Assembly: GCA_004431415.1 (NCBI GenBank)
Contig: QPMI01000107.1
Span: forward strand, 1-64,000
Reading direction: 5' to 3'
DNA: 64,000 nucleotides
From: Cyanophora paradoxa CCMP329
Taxonomy: Eukaryota; Plantae; Glaucophyta
Position 1 is the first letter of the stretch. Each line of letters opens with the position of its first letter. Position numbers and translations under genes: made by a program. The notes under the pieces were generated by a model. The model had not been told where the DNA came from. It saw nothing but the letters and a program-made list of their open reading frames with translations, and searched no databases. Shown in pieces: positions 61,701-64,000 of the stretch.

Positions 61701-63600
61701 CGTTGCCGCGGGCGATGCCCGGGCAGATGGAGACCTGGCTCACGTCGCCGGAGAGCTGCAGCGTCGCCAGCACGGTGACGTTCGTGTTGCTCGCGTTCGT
61801 CGCGACCCGCGAGTACTGCCACGTCTTCACGCACGAGGGCGCCAGGTTCTGCCCGTAAATCTGCGCGGCGCCCGGTCGGCCAAAGCGCCACGCCGGCGGA
61901 GCGGGGCGGAGGCGGCGGCGGCGGCGCATGCGCACGATGCCCGAGGCGAAGGTGACGTTGGAGGCGTGGTCGGTGACGTAGTCGGCGGCGGCGGCGGTGT
62001 CCGTGAAGGCGTCCGGCGTGACGGGCGTGATCCCGAAGACGCTCTCCATGAGATCGTTGAAGTCGGTCTGCGGCTTGATGCCCGAGTTGAGCCCCGTCGC
62101 CGTCGGGTCCGTCTGCCGCCCGGGCAGGTCCCCGTCCGCGAAGATGGGCACGCCTGCGCCGGGGGCGCCCCGTCGGCCGGCGCGAGGGCGCGGGGAAAGC
62201 CCCGCGCACCGTTTGCGCGGGCCCTGTCGACGATTTGCTGCAGTTCTCCGACGGCCATCCGCTGCGGCAGCGTCAGTGTCGACGCGCGCGGGGCCGCGGG
62301 CAGCGCCGGCGGCGCTTGCGCACGCGGTTGCGGGGCAGTACGACGGCCTTGGGGCGCTGCGTGTTGCTGCCGAGGCGGGTGGTGAGCTGCGACGCGTCCG
62401 CGAAGGTGCAGTCGAAGCCGAGGCGCGTGAGAGCGCCAAACATGCCCTGCGCCCGCGCGTCGGGCGGCGTCGGGGGCGCGAGGGTGCGGCCGGCGCACCG
62501 CCGTCTGGGACATGTAGCGGCCGATCATCTCTGCGAGGGGAGAAGAGCGTCGGGTGCCGGGACGGGTGTCGAGGCGCGGGGGCGGGGCGCACGGTCGGCG
62601 GCCGAGGTCCAGAGGAAGACGATCTCGGGGCGCGGGTTGCGGGTGGACTTGGGGAGGAGGCTGCAGAACTCGCGCCGGGTGGGGCACTCGGTGGCGAGGT
62701 CGTCGATGGAGTCGAAGACGGAGGTCACCGCCGAGAGCGACGTCTTCGAGAAGCGGTCCGACGTCACCAGCCCGAACCCCCGCTCCGCCTGCCCGCCCCG
62801 CCCCGTCAGCCGCCGCCCCGCGCAGGGGGGCGCAGGGGGGCTCGGCCGGGCGCGCCAGGGGGAACCAGACGCGGTCGTTGAAGTTGAAGACGTGGACGCC
62901 GATGGCGCCGGTGAGGACGGCCTCCCAGACGGCGCTGCGCAGGTACAGGCCCTGGATCTGCGCGCCGGCCCGCCCCGCTCAGCCGCCGCCCGCGCGACGC
63001 CTTCGGACGGCGACGGGCGCACGGCCTGCGGGTCGCTGGTCTTGGCGAGGGCGGGGTCCGTGGAGGAGACGCCGATCTCGGTGGCCATGATGGGCAGGCC
63101 CGTCTGCCAGCGGACGCGCTCGAAGGCCCAGCGCGTCGAGCGCAGCTCGCTCCCCGTCGTCATGTTCGGGTAGATGTTCAGCCCGATGAAGTCTGGCCGG
63201 CCCCGGCGCGCCCCCGGCCGTCGGCGGCGGGCAGAGCGGCGGCAGGAGGCTCCCGCGCACCGAGCTTGGCGTTGGCGGAGGCGCATTCATCGGCGATCTT
63301 CTTCAGGTCCTCGGCGTTGTAGCGCCAGTCCTCCGGCCCCAGCGGGACCGCCCGCGTGGCGTAGCCGATGACGTGGTTCGGGTCTGCGGGGGGGGAGGGG
63401 GGGGGGGGGGGGGGGGGGGCGTTGGCGGGGCAGGCGGGGCGGGCGGGGCGGCGGGCGGCGGGCGGGCGCACCGAACTGCTTGACGGTGACGGCGGCGTCG
63501 CGGACGAAGCCGGCGAGGGAGTCCTCGCGCCACGCGATGAGGTCCGCCCAGCGCACGCTCTCCCGGTCGTACGACTGCCCCCCCCCGCCCCACTCAGGCC

Positions 63601-63633
<33 letters not shown>

Positions 63634-64000
63634 TGGGGCGGGGCGGCGGGCACCTCGGGCATCCGCACGGTGGTGAAGGAGCCGAAGGTGGAGCCCCAGC
63701 GGGCGTTGAGGGCGCTGATGGCCCCGCCGAAGCGGCGCTGCAGGTGCAGCCGGAACGCCTCCTCCGACGGCGGGTCGTAGCCCTGCTGCCGTTGCGTCAA
63801 CCTGCCCCACCCCCGTCATCAGCCGCCGGCGGCGCCCCGGGGGGCGGAGCGGGGCGTGGGGGACGCGGCCGCCGCGCACCCCCCGATGTAGCCCATCTGG
63901 TTGCCGATGATCCACCCCCCGATCGTCTCCTCGTTGCTGTACCTGCTGACCACCGCCTGCAGGTACTCCTTGAACTGCGCCCGCGCCTGCCGCGCCGCGC
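58715..64000 (-). CDS. Membrane-anchored clan GH-A glycoside hydrolase-like protein (GH42 beta-galactosidase-like), 5' end outside the window, many introns
   Basis: FRLHLQRRFGGAISALNARWGSTFGSFTTVRMP; WADLIAWREDSLAGFVRD..DPNHVI; DFIGLNIYP; PIMATEIG (nucleophile); C-terminal TM YYIVWAVTAGAAAFISITVRLIVYC; stop at 58715. Confidence 0.8.

Overview
Eukaryotic, GC-rich, intron-dense genomic DNA. Introns are mostly 50-80 nt with GTGCG/GTCCG donors, CTSAY branch points and YGCAG acceptors, plus a few GC-AG; this suggests a unicellular alga or protist, but the host cannot be named from the sequence alone. There are three zones. (1) ~1-13.2 kb is a gene-dense, frameshift-ridden, virus-like island. It carries a herpes-UL9/NCLDV-type origin-binding SF2 helicase gene bracketed by inverted copies of a 50-bp palindrome with an AT-rich core, a tandem array of the same palindrome abutting a YqaJ/lambda-exonuclease gene, two paralogous F-box-like ORFs, and a run of small membrane-protein ORFs. 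Nearly all of these ORFs share an upstream ATTTTC-type motif. No capsid, packaging ATPase or integrase gene was recognised. (2) ~13.2-17.5 kb is a repeat-rich spacer that includes an inverted DNA copy of part of the next gene. (3) Two convergent host genes. One is a ~40.7-kb gene (17516-58243, +) for a giant (~12,000-13,000 aa by my estimate) single-pass surface protein: signal peptide, GH16-like head with a degenerate catalytic motif, REJ domain, ~90 FN3-like domains in nine-domain super-repeats mostly on one 26.7-kb exon, GPS-like motif, TM and tail. The other is a 5'-truncated, membrane-anchored clan GH-A (GH42-like) gene on the minus strand whose acid/base Glu appears replaced by Gln. All family calls come from motif recognition by eye, not database searches.
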